Origin: Eledone cirrhosa
Lineage: Eukaryota
Assembly: GCA_964016885.1 (NCBI GenBank)
Contig: OZ024741.1
Span: 239,072,001-239,136,000, forward strand
Direction of reading: 5' to 3'
DNA: 64,000 bases
Made by a program: the position numbers and the translations under genes. The notes below the pieces were generated by a model that was not told where the DNA came from, ran no database searches, and saw nothing but the letters and a program-made list of their open reading frames with translations. This document shows, in pieces, positions 40,390 through 53,160 of this stretch (its first letter is position 1; each line of letters starts with the position of its first letter).

Positions 40390-40696
40390 ATAAATTAATA
40401 AAAATAATGAATAAAAACAAGGAAACAGTTCCTTATATTAAAAAATTCATAATTTTACGATCGTTTCTAGGATATATATGTTTGTATTGGTATGTATATC
40501 ATATTATTTCTGAAGACAGCATATATATGTGTAGGTATGTATATTCCCTCTGATAGTTTGTAAAAATTTGACATAGATCTATATGATATACATACCAACA
40601 CAAACATATATATCCTAGAAACGATCGTAAAATGATGAATTTTTTAATATAAGGAACTGTTTCTTTGTTTTTATTCATTATTTTTATTAATTTATA
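40390..40696. repeat. Inverted repeat with ~115-bp arms and ~75-bp spacer inside a (TA)n-flanked insert (40255-40696)
   Basis: ATAAATTAATAAAAATAATGAATAAAAAC...GGTATGTATATCATA is mirrored at 40580-40696. Confidence 0.85.
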
Positions 40697-40750
40697 TTTA
40701 TATATATATATTTATATATATATATATATATATTTATATACATATATATA

Positions 40751-40787
<37 letters not shown>

Positions 40788-40790
<3 letters not shown>

Positions 40791-42250
40791 CGAGTAGGAC
40801 CCCGACGGCTGAGCTCAAGCCGTCTCGACGGCTAATTCTGGACTAAATGAACATTTTTATCCTTGTATATGAATAGCCGAGCTTCTCAGGGGGTAATTCC
40901 ATATATGGTAAAAGTGATTGTAACAAGGATTGGTCAAAAGTTTGTTGTTGAGACACATAATTCTATCATGGCAATTTGTGGAAGGGGTAGCTGAACCTGC
41001 CAGTAGAAGAAAGAGGGAGAGGGAGTGGAGGAAACCCAGTTGTGCGTTGATAGTGCTAACTACAGCAGGGCAGGAGGTCAAGCAAGTATACTAGGGAGGG
41101 GGAGGGGGAGGAAGTCGAAACAATAAGTAAAACAATATGGAGTAAATATATAGAAGAATACCAAGAATGTTAAAAATATAAAAAAACAATTTCTGGTTAC
41201 TATTCCCTAACGACAGTCATCAAGTCTCTCACTGGTACTGCCAAACTATAGAAAAGTTTACTAGGTGGGACGGAATTGTAATGAGACCATTTTAAGAGTT
41301 AGTAGTAATCACCTGAGTATATCTTACGGTGACAGGTCAACAAGTGGGGGGCCAAAATACTAAAGAAACTACCACGAAATAATAATTCAGAGTCCCAAGA
41401 CTAATACGAAATAATTGTTTGTACCCTAGGTACAAGGCCAGCAACCACCCAGTGCAAAAAATAAACTAATACGAAATAATAATTCAGAATTCCGAAAATG
41501 AATACTAATAGTATCTCTAAGGGTGCCGCTACGATACAAAAATTCTAGTGCAAACTATATAAATGCTCGTACAAAGTATATGAAAAATTTGATACGGAAA
41601 ATAAATTCAGAATCCCGCCCATCCCTCCCCCCCCCCCGCCCCCCCCCCCCCAAAAAAAATACTGATATACGAGAAATTAAAGCAAAGATACCACTAAGAA
41701 ATGTAGAAAGCACGGAAAAGGAACAGCCATCGGATAAGAAAGCAAGTATCCGGGGTCTATCACATCTGCTATAAAAACCGGAGTCAGCCAATTCTATCAT
41801 AGAATAGGGGATGGGGTGGGGGTACTGAGGCTACAAAGGACCGAGGGGCTGCCTCGGGTGGGCAAGAAAGTGAAAAGGACGACGACAAAGAAGGAGGACT
41901 GGGGAGGAAGGAATAGGAAGGGATGGGGGAAGAAGGAAATATAGAGGAAACGATAAAAAGATATAAAAGATCTTACGTCTACCTTTGCAAGCAGGGGTTA
42001 CCCATTACAAAGTCGGCAAGTGGGGTGTTACAGCCCTTGTCTCTCCCCCCCCCCCCCCCCCCGGGTCATTATGGGGTTTGAGGGCGAGGTAAGTCCTACG
42101 CAATCTGTGTTTGCATGCAGTTACCAGTTCGTCTTTCTTGTTTAGGGGTTGGTCCATCGAAAACGGCTAATTCTGGACTAAACATTTTTTAGTCCAGAAT
42201 TGGCCGTCGAAATGGCTTGAACTCAGCAATCGGGGTCCTACTCGTTCCTA
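40788..42250 (+). mobile_element. 1.46-kb (TA)n-flanked element with ~60-bp inverted termini, same family as the 35610 palindrome
   Basis: Left end GAACGAGTAGGACCCCGACGGCTGAGCTC...GGACTAAA; right end TTTAGTCCAGAATTGGCCGTCGAAA...GGGGTCCTACTCGTTC. No recognisable ORF. Contains a short SINE-A 3' piece at ~41416-41455. Confidence 0.75.
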
Positions 42251-42261
42251 TATATATATAT

Positions 42262-42930
<669 letters not shown>

Positions 42931-44334
42931 TATATATGCACACACACTCAGACATGCAGATGCACATGCAAACACATATAGATACACAAATGAATATAAA
43001 TCTACACACACATATATATATATATTTACACACACATATAAATCCATATCCTTATATTGAGTTCTTTACACATCTGGATTATTTACACACCTGCATATTT
43101 CCTTCCTTCCTACCTCTCTCTCTCTCTTTATATAATTATATATATATATTGTATAAATAAATATATATATATTTATTTATACATACATGTGAATGCAAGG
43201 GTTTGTGTATGTGTGTGTGTGTATATATATATATATAAATATATATATAATATAAGATCAAAAGATGGTTAAAAGAGTTCCAAGTATTATATTATGCAAA
43301 AACAAATATCATCATGGGATGACATTTGCGTTCTCATCAGATAAAATAGGGAAAGATGATATAAGTTTAAAAAACACTTGTGAGCAGTTAAGTTTTAAAT
43401 CAACATATGTGGAGTGCTACTTATCCGATGTTTGCATTGCTTTATTGTTGCTACAATAAAACTCACCTCCTACATATATATATATATATGTACATACACA
43501 GAGATATACACATACAAGGAATTAAATTTACCTCACACCACACTTCCAAATTCCTCACATTAAAATTTGTTACATTTAATCAATAGATCCTTTTTTTAGG
43601 ATCAATGACGGAATATTAGAAAATATGTTTAAGCATTTTGACAGATATCAAAATACACACGCATTCAATACAGAATCGTTTGGAATGGCTTGTTTTTAAA
43701 ATGAAAATAACAAGAACAGGGGGAATTACTTTTGTTTACTAATTGAATTTCAGCTAACTTGTTAGCTTCAATGATGAAATTTTGCCTCGAAATGGAGAAA
43801 AAAAAGGTCATTTTCAGCATTACTAGAGCTTATTTCTAGCATAAATTTCTATTAAAAAAAATATATATATATTTTCCATGACGGCTTATATTACTATGAA
43901 CTGTTTAAGTATATTCGGAGGTCAAACCTGTTTTATTCTTTAATAGTTGAACTTTGCCTTTCATCCTTACAGGGTCGATAAAATAAAGTACCAGTAATGT
44001 ACTGGTTAATTGCTGGCCTTGTGCCAAAAGTAGAGACAATTATTTAATAATGTTTGTATGTGTGTGTAAATATATATATATATATATAATTGGAAATCAG
44101 TAAAATCGAATCTCTGGCGGTTTGCAAGTGAATTCGGCCTACTTATATGAAATGATGAGTTAGCAAAGCACTCGATAAGATAGGTCCTAAGATACGTTTA
44201 AAAAGCTTGACAAATCGAACATTGTGGTAGGCTAAACTAACACACAATATGTATACCAGAGCAACGATAGAACTAATCAGGTTGAGAAAAAGTACACCTG
44301 GACAAATTAGACGAATAGACGTTTAAAGTGTTTC

Positions 44335-44400
<66 letters not shown>

Positions 44401-44789
44401 TTGGTATATATTACGTTAGTTGATCAACCAGCACTATTGTATGCAGGGTAGAGCACTTGACAGAGTGTACATATAGGTCTTTGTTCTCCGGAGTATTATT
44501 AAAGCAAAGAAGTAGAAGTCTAACCTACTGACTTCTACTTTATATATATATATATACAGTATATATATATACAGTATATATATATATATATATATATGTA
44601 CATATTTATTTTATTGCGCATCATCATTGCATTACTGAACACAGTTCTATGTACCTACATGCAGTGTGGGGGTTTTTTGTTTGTTTTTTTGTAGTGTTGT
44701 TTCTATTTTGTTGAGAATACTCTTTGTAATATTTGTGCAGTGTTTAGTAGTGCTATTTTTTATGCAGTATATATTTATTATTATTATTA

Positions 44790-46580
44790 TTATTATTTGC
44801 TTGGCACAAAGCATTTGTTACTGGTGCCAACTGTCCACAACCAGTGGACTGAGGTGGCCCCTTCAATTGTTAAGAACTTTTCTGAGATTCCTGACAATTC
44901 CAAGGTGTGTTGTTCTCCTTTTTCGTTACCCCCAAATGTTTTATCTCCCATGCTAGTGGTTCATATCTCTCAACCTTCTTTAATTCTTTGTCACAAACCT
45001 TATTGTCAATGAGACAAGCTACATCTAGAATCAAACATTGTTAACTTTGTTGATCACCACAATTCTGGTGTGTGGTCTTCAATTTCTCGGTCATATTGGA
45101 CCCATAGAATCTTGACATAGTCATTTTGTATAACACCTGGTTTGTGCTCTTTTGAGACCATATTTTCCACATAACTCCCAATGAATGGTTCTCACTATGT
45201 TATCATAATGTCATTTGTATTTATACTGTGCCAGCTTTGTGCATTGGCTGGTGATATGGCACAGTTTTTCTCTTTTCTCCACACATCCTACACTTTTCTG
45301 TTTCCCCTGAGTTGTCAATCATGTGCTTCACATAATTCATCCTCAGGGCTTGCTCTTGAGCTACACAGATTAGAGATTCCGTTTCTGGCTTAAGGTCACT
45401 TTTCTGCATCCACAGCCAGTTCTTCTCCAAATCAGTTTTGACTTTGGTGTTTCTGTAAAATTGCTCATGCATCTTCTTTTCTCTCCATCCCTTTCAGTTT
45501 CAATTCACTTCTTTTATTCTGATTTCTCTTCGCCATCTCATTTGACTTTTTCCCTTTTAGCAGCAATGGTTCAGTAGCATTCTTTATAGACCAAGCTTTG
45601 CCATTCCCTTTTGATCTCACACATCCTAACTACTAATGAGTCCTCTCCCTTCTATTTTTTTTTTCTTGACAAGTATAATCTGTCAACATCACTCCGTGGA
45701 AAGGTTCCACTCATTTTCCCATCCAAATATTGTAACTTGTCTGCTGTCCACCCAACCACTCCAGCTCCATATCTTAATAAGGATACTGCCCAAGTATTAA
45801 GTGCTTCATATTTATTCCTGCCATTCAACTTTAATTTTAGAATCTATATCACTCTCCAAAAGTATTCTTCTGCAAACTTAGTCTTCATTACCTTCACCAT
45901 CAAGTTATCTATTTCCAAAATTCACAGATATCTGCAGCAATTAACATCTATTTTCTTCATGACCTCCTCTAAACATATTACTATTTTGTCCACTTGTTTG
46001 ATCTTTCCCTGCTTCAGAATGAGCACACCACATTTTTGTAAGCCAAATTCCATTCTAATATCCAAACTAAAGTTATATACTGAGTTCACAAGTGAACTAA
46101 TTTGGGATTCATCTTTTCCATATAAATTCAGATCATCCATGTATTGACCCTTGCTATACCTAAACTTGTACACTGATTTAGTTCTTCTCAATGTCATTGT
46201 CAAAGGCACCATGCACTGTACAAACAACAATGGAGACAAACTATCTTCCTGAAATATGCCTCTCCTGATTTCAATTGTACCCAAACATTGTCAATCACAT
46301 ATTAACTCAGTCTTTCCTTCTTCCATACTTTTACACAGAAAATCTTTATGTTCTTTGCATTTCCAAATATATTTAGGCATTCTATAACCCATGAATGTGG
46401 GATCAAATCATATGCTTTATTATAATTGATCCATGACATTGCCAGATTAGTCATCTTTCTTTTGCAGTCTCTTAGTATTGATTGTTAGTACCTCTGTATT
46501 TTCATGTACCACTCTTCTGCTCTGCTGGAAAAATATTGTTCCCATCCAAGTTGTTGTACATCTTATCTGCAATTATCCCA
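44790..46580 (-). mobile_element. Decayed R4/Dong-type LINE (RT, CCHC, RLE), 3' end in (TAA)n
   Basis: FPAEQK, KAYDLIPHSW, RRGIFQEDSLSPLLF, YMDDL, FGLQKC, TESLICVAQEQAL, CRMCGE. The 3' end runs into (TAA)n, the known Dong target. Confidence 0.85.
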
Positions 46581-47149
46581 GTCAATAACTTTGACACTTG
46601 AGTGGTAATGAAGATATTGATATGTACTTCTTGACAATGTTTCCTTTTGCCACATATTTCATGCATAAAATTGTTCTGCTTTTTGTCAACCACTCCTACC
46701 AAGATGTTAAACTGTTTTGCAATCAGCACATGGCAGCCCATAAACTTTTTAGTTGCGTATATGTTTACTTTACGGGGTCGATAAAATAAAGTACCAGTAA
46801 TGTACTGGGTAATTGCTGGCCTTGTGCCTAAAGTAGAAACAATTATTAGTGGTGAGCATGATCCATGTGAATGGGCCTGCCTTGAGCATACACCTGTAGA
46901 TTGGAGTAGAAAAACTCGGAGAGGGCACTTTGTCCTAGCAGACAGGTGACCGTGACTTTTGTGGGAGTTTTCCACATGTGACCCTTAGAGTTTCCTCACA
47001 TTTGGGTAATTTGTTGTTTGTATTTAAATGTTTATTTTCTTAGTCTCTTTTATAAATTTTATTTTACACAAAAGAAACCACACTGTATTGTCCTGTACCG
47101 TCTTTAATGTTTCCTTAAAGTGAGCCCTGTGTGGCTAATAAAGAAATTA

Positions 47150-47352
47150 TTAGGCACAAGCCAGAAATTTGAAGGGGAGGGGAAAGTCGATTAAATCAAC
47201 TCCAGTGTATTACGGGTACTTTATTTTATTGACTCCGTAAGGATGAAAGGCAAAGCTAACCTCAGGGGGATTTAAACTCAGAGCATAAAAAGTCATAACT
47301 CTATGCTGCGAACCATGGTGTCCGAAGCTCTATCAATACTTCCAATCCACCA
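47150..47352 (-). mobile_element. Older long-form SINE-A
   Basis: Same motifs plus a GTCGATTAAATCAAC segment. Confidence 0.7.
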
Positions 47353-47721
47353 CAGTAGCATCATTAGTTTTAAATTTATTAGATTAACATATTTTTCTAT
47401 AAATGGTAAAAAGAAACACTTATTCAAGTATTCCAATTATTTAAAAAGCCCAATACACCTCAAGATTTTTACTTATCACTCATTAGATATCCCCCATTTC
47501 ACTAAATGATGAAATTACACCTCTTTTATTCTATCTGCAAACTCATAGCTGTAACTGTTTATTTATATTTAAATGCAATATTTGCTTGTAGTTTTTTTTA
47601 ATATTTATATCTGCTTCCCAGTTTCAGAAGATCTCATATAAGAGTGAAAGCAAAAATTGTTTGCTTAATCTTTTAATGCGTGCTAATAATACATATTTGC
47701 TCTATGGTTTTCTATATATAC

Positions 47722-47950
47722 AGTTTACTCAGCTGTAGAAATGAGATGATAGGGACTGGGGTCCATATCATTCCACTGCAAAGTGGTCGTGGAGGTGCCA
47801 CAGCAAAAAAGCACTCAGCACTCACTGTAAATGAGGTTGGCGTTAGGAAGGGCATCCAGCTGTAGAAATCAAGCCAAAATCAGTTCCCGTCCCACCCTTG
47901 CAAGCAGGGAAAAAGCGGACGTAAAATGAAATGATGATGATGATGATGAT
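47722..47950 (+). mobile_element. 5'-truncated SINE-B
   Basis: Matches the 3' two-thirds of SINE-B and ends in (ATG)n. Confidence 0.8.
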
Positions 47951-48251
47951 ATGTTTTTACCTAAAAATATATATATTAAAAAATATGTATATAGTTTCTA
48001 ATATATATTTTTAATATATATATATATATCACCATTATCATCATATTACAGTCACTTTTCCTTGCCTGCAAGGGTGGGACAGGTCCTCTTCAGCACAGCA
48101 TCTCTCCATTTGTCACGGTCCTTTGTCATCTCCTCTGTGAGTTTCAGCGATATATATATATATATATAGAACTCTTATCGAGTCCTCTCAGGATTTTGGT
48201 CTTTGTATTTATTACAACTATATATATACATATGTATGATATACGTACCTA

Positions 48252-48334
<83 letters not shown>

Positions 48335-49119
48335 ATTATATACATATCTATCCATCTCTCTCTTTCTATATATATATATTGTCTTTAATTTTGAATATTC
48401 AAATGATAATTGGTTTATGTTCACTGATGAAGTCAAACCAAATATGTGATATGGTATATACATGTTTATATTTTTATAAAAATATAAACAAAAGCTAAAG
48501 ATGAAGGAAAATGATATTTTCCATGTAATTTTTTTACTTCATGAAATGACAGCAGATGTTTGGCTTCCCATAAAGGATTCAGATTCAGAGTTTTCTTATT
48601 TATTTATCTTTATTAAATATTAGCAATGGCATCATCATTATTATTTTTTTATGCTAATTTTTTCTCATTTTAGAATTCCATTAAATCAGTTTTATTAGAT
48701 CAAAATTATTTCTGGTTGGATGGTTTATTTATTCTCTGGGGAGAAGCCCAAGTCCACAGGGTACACAACCTGCTGTTTCACCACCACCACCATTATCAAT
48801 CATTAATATCACAACCAGCATCGCCAGCACACGCACCAACATCACCATCCTAAAAATCGTCTCAGACCATGATAAAATCTCTCATCATTTAACTTCATTT
48901 TTCTTGCATTATTTTTTTTTAATTGTTTATTTGAATTTGTATACATCAATATGTATATCAGGGAGAGTGTATATATAATTTGGTATGACAGTGCATGTAG
49001 ATTATGAAGGATTGGTATGAATAGAATGTAATGGAGTGGGTGCAAATTGACTTTAATGGGGTGATGTATATTGACTCTGATAAAGTGATGCATAAAAAGA
49101 ATGACTTGGAGTGTTGTTT

Positions 49120-52100
49120 ATAAACTGGGATGTGGTGGTGTATATGGATTTTTATGTAGAGGTGTATATAAACTAAAATGTGGTGATGTTATACACTGTG
49201 ATAGACTGTATATATTGAAAGTGATGTAATCTTGTGTATATAGACTGTGATGTGGTGGTGTATATAGACTGTGATGTGTTGGTGTATAGACTGTGATATG
49301 GTATATATAAACTGTGGTGTGGTGTATATAAACTGTGATGTGGTATATATAGACTGTGATGTGGTGTATATAGACTGTGATGTGGTGGTATATATAGACT
49401 ATGATGTGGTGGTGTATATAGACTGTGATGTGGTGTATATAGACTGTGATGTGGTATATATAAACTGTGGTGTGGTGTATATAAACTGTGATGTGGTATA
49501 TATAGACTGTGATGTGGTGTATATAGACTGTGATGTGGTGGTATATATAGACTATGATGTGGTGGTGTATATAGACTGTGATGTGGTGGTATATATAGAC
49601 TGCGATGTGGTGTATATAGACTGTGATGTGGTGTATATAGACTGTGATGTGGTATATATAGACTGTGATGTGGTGGTGTATATATAGAATGTGATGTGGT
49701 ATATATATAGACTGTGCTGTGGTGGTGTATATAGACTGTGATGTGGTGGTGTATATAGACTGTGATGTGGTGGTATATATAGACTGTGATGTGGTATATA
49801 TATAGACTGTGATGTGGTGGTGTATATAGACTGTGATGTGGTGGTATATATAGACTGTGATGTGGTATATATATAGACTGTGCTGTGGTGGTGTATATAG
49901 ACTGTGATGTGGTGGTGTATAGACTGGGATGTGGTGTATATATAGACTGTAATGTGGTGTATATAGACTGTGATGTGGTATATATAGACTGTGATGTGGT
50001 GGTGTATATAGACTGTGATGTGGTGTATATAGACTGTGATGTGGTGTATATAGACTGTGATGTGGTGGTATATAGACTGTGATGTGGTGGTATATAGACT
50101 GTGATGTGGTATATATATATAGAGTGTGATGTGGTATATATATATAGAGTGTGATGTGGTATATATATAGACTGTGATGTGGTGGTGTATAGACTGGGAT
50201 GTGGTGTATATATAGACTGTGATGAGGTATATATAGACTGTGATGTGGTGGTATATATAGACTGTGATGTGGTGTATATAGAGTGTGATGTGGTATATAT
50301 ATATAGAGTGTGATGTGGTATATATATAGACTGTGATGTGGTGGTGTATATAGACTGTGATGTGGTGGTATATATAGACTGTGATGTGGTGTATATAGAG
50401 TGTGATGTGGTATATATATAGAGTGTGATGTGGTGTATATAGACTGTGCTTTGGTGGTGTATATAGACTGTGATGTGGTGGTATATATAGACTGTGATGT
50501 GGTGTATATAGAGTGTGATGTGGTATATATATAGAGTGTGATGTGGTGGTGTATATAGACTGTGATGTGGTGGTATATATAGACTGTGATGTGGTATATA
50601 TATAGACTGTGCTGTGGTGGTGTATATAGACTGTGATGTGGTGGTGTATAGACTGGGATGTGGTGCATATATAGACTGTAATGTGTGTATATAGACTGTG
50701 ATGTGGTATATATAGACTGTGATGTGGTGGTGTATATAGACTGTGATGTGGTGGTATATATAGACTGTGATGAGGTATATATAGACTGTGATGTGGTGGT
50801 GTATATAGACTGTGATGTGGTGGTGTATATAGACTGTGATGTGGTGTATATAGACTGTGATGAGGTATATATAGACTGTGATGTGGTGGTGTATATAGAC
50901 TGTGATGTGGTGGTATATATAGACTGTGATGAGGTATATATAGACTGTGATGTGGTGGTGTATATAGACTGTGATGTGGTGGTGTATATAGACTGTGATG
51001 TGGTGGTGTATAGACTGGGATGTGGTGTATATATAGACTGTGATGAGGTATATATAGACTGTGATGTGGTGGTATATATAGACTGTGATGTGGTGTATAT
51101 AGAGTGTGATGTGGTATTTATATATAGAGTGTGATGTGGTATATATATAGACTGTGATGTGGTGGTGTATATAGACTGTGATGTGGTGGTATATATAGAC
51201 TGTGATGTGGTGTATATAGACTGTGATGTGGTGGTGTATATAGACTGTGGTGTGATGGTGGTATATATAGACTGTGATGTGGTGGTGTATATAGACTGTG
51301 ATGTGGTGGTGTATATAGACTGTGATGTGGTGTATATAGAGTGTGATGTGGTATATATATAGAGTGTGATGTGGTGTATATAGACTGTGATGTGGTGGTG
51401 TATATAGACTGTGATGTGGTGTATATAGACTGTGATGTGGTGGTATATATGGACTGTGATGTGGTGTATATAGACTGTGATGTGGTGTATATAGACTGTG
51501 ATGTGGTATATATAGACTGTGATGTGCTGTATATAGACTGTGATATGGTGTATATAGACTGTGATGTGGTATATATAGACTGTGATGTGGTGTATATAGA
51601 CTGTGATGTGGTGGTGTATATATAGAATGTGATGTGGTGGTTTTATATAGACTCTGATGTGGTGTATATAGACTGTGATGTGGTATATATAGACTGTGAT
51701 GTGGTGTATATATAGACTGTGATGTGGTGTATATAGACTGTGATGTGGTATATATAGACTGTGATGTGGTGTATATTTAGACTGTGATGTGGTATATATA
51801 GACTGTGATGTGGTGTATATAGACTGTGATGTGGTGGTGTATATATAGAATGTGATGTGGTGGTGTATATAGACTGTGATGTGGTATATATAGACTGTGA
51901 TGTGGTGGTCTATATAGACTGTGATGTGATGTATATAGACTGTGATGTGGTGTATATAGACTGTGATGTGGTGTATATAGACTGTGATGTGGTGTATATA
52001 GACTGTGATGTTGTGGTATATATAGACTGTGATGTGGTATATATAGACTGTGATGTGGTGGTGTGTATATAGACTGTGATGTGGTGGTATATATAGACTG

Positions 52101-53160
52101 TGATGTGGTGGTATATATAGACTGTGATGTGGTGTATATAGACTGTAATGTGGTGTATATATAGACTGTGATGTGGTGGTGTGTATATAGACTGTGATGT
52201 GGTGGTATATATAGACTGTGATGTGGTGTATATAGACTGTGATGTGGTGGTATATAGACTTTGATGTGGTGGTATATATAGACTGTGATGTGGTATATAT
52301 AGACTGTAATGTGGTGGTATATATAAACTGTGATGTTGTGGTATATATAGACTGTGATGTGGTGGTGTATATAGACTGTGATGTGGTGGTATATATAGAC
52401 TGTGATGTGGTATATATAGACTGTAATGTGGTGTATATATAGACTGTGATGTGGTATATATAGACTGTGATGTGGTGTATAGACTGTGATGTGGTATATA
52501 TAGACTGTGATGTGGTGGTGTATATATAGACTGTGATGTGGTGGTGTATATAGACTGTGATGTAGTGGTGTATATAGACTGTAATGTGGTGGTGTATATA
52601 GACTGTGATTTGGTATATAAAGACTGTGATGTGGTGTATATAGACTGTGATGTGGTGGTATATATACACTGTGATGTGGTGGTATATAGACTGCGATGTG
52701 GTATATAGACTGTGATGTGGTGTATATAGACTGTGATGTGGTATATATATAGACTGTGATGTGGTGGTGTATATAGACTGTGATGTGGTGTATATAGACT
52801 GTGATGTGGTGGTCTATATAGACTGTGATGTGATGTATATAGACTGTAATGTGGTGGTGTATATAGACTGTGATTTGGTATATAAAGACTGTGATGTGGT
52901 GTATATAGACTGTGATGTGGTGGTATATATACACTGTGATGTGGTGGTATATAGACTGTGATGTGGTATATAGACTGTGATGTGGTGTATATAGACTGTG
53001 ATGCATTGTGGTGTATATAGACTGTGCTATGTTTTTTTTATATAGACTGTGATGCAGTGTATATATAGATAGTAATGTGGTGGTATATATAGAATGTGAT
53101 ATGGTGTATATATAAACTGTGATGTAGTGGTGTATATAGACATTTTTGTGGTATATATAT
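49120..53160. repeat. ~4-kb minisatellite, unit about 19-28 bp: (TA)n-GACTGTGATGT-(GGT)1-2
   Basis: Well over 100 tandem copies of TATATAGACTGTGATGTGGTG with variable TA and GGT counts and degenerate edges. Confidence 0.97.

Noticed and set aside
44145-44200. Hammerhead-like ATGATGAG...CTCGATA
   Set aside because: Both core segments deviate from consensus; only a generic hairpin is supportable.
49120-53160. CRISPR-like array
   Set aside because: There are no unique spacers and no cas genes, and the context is eukaryotic.
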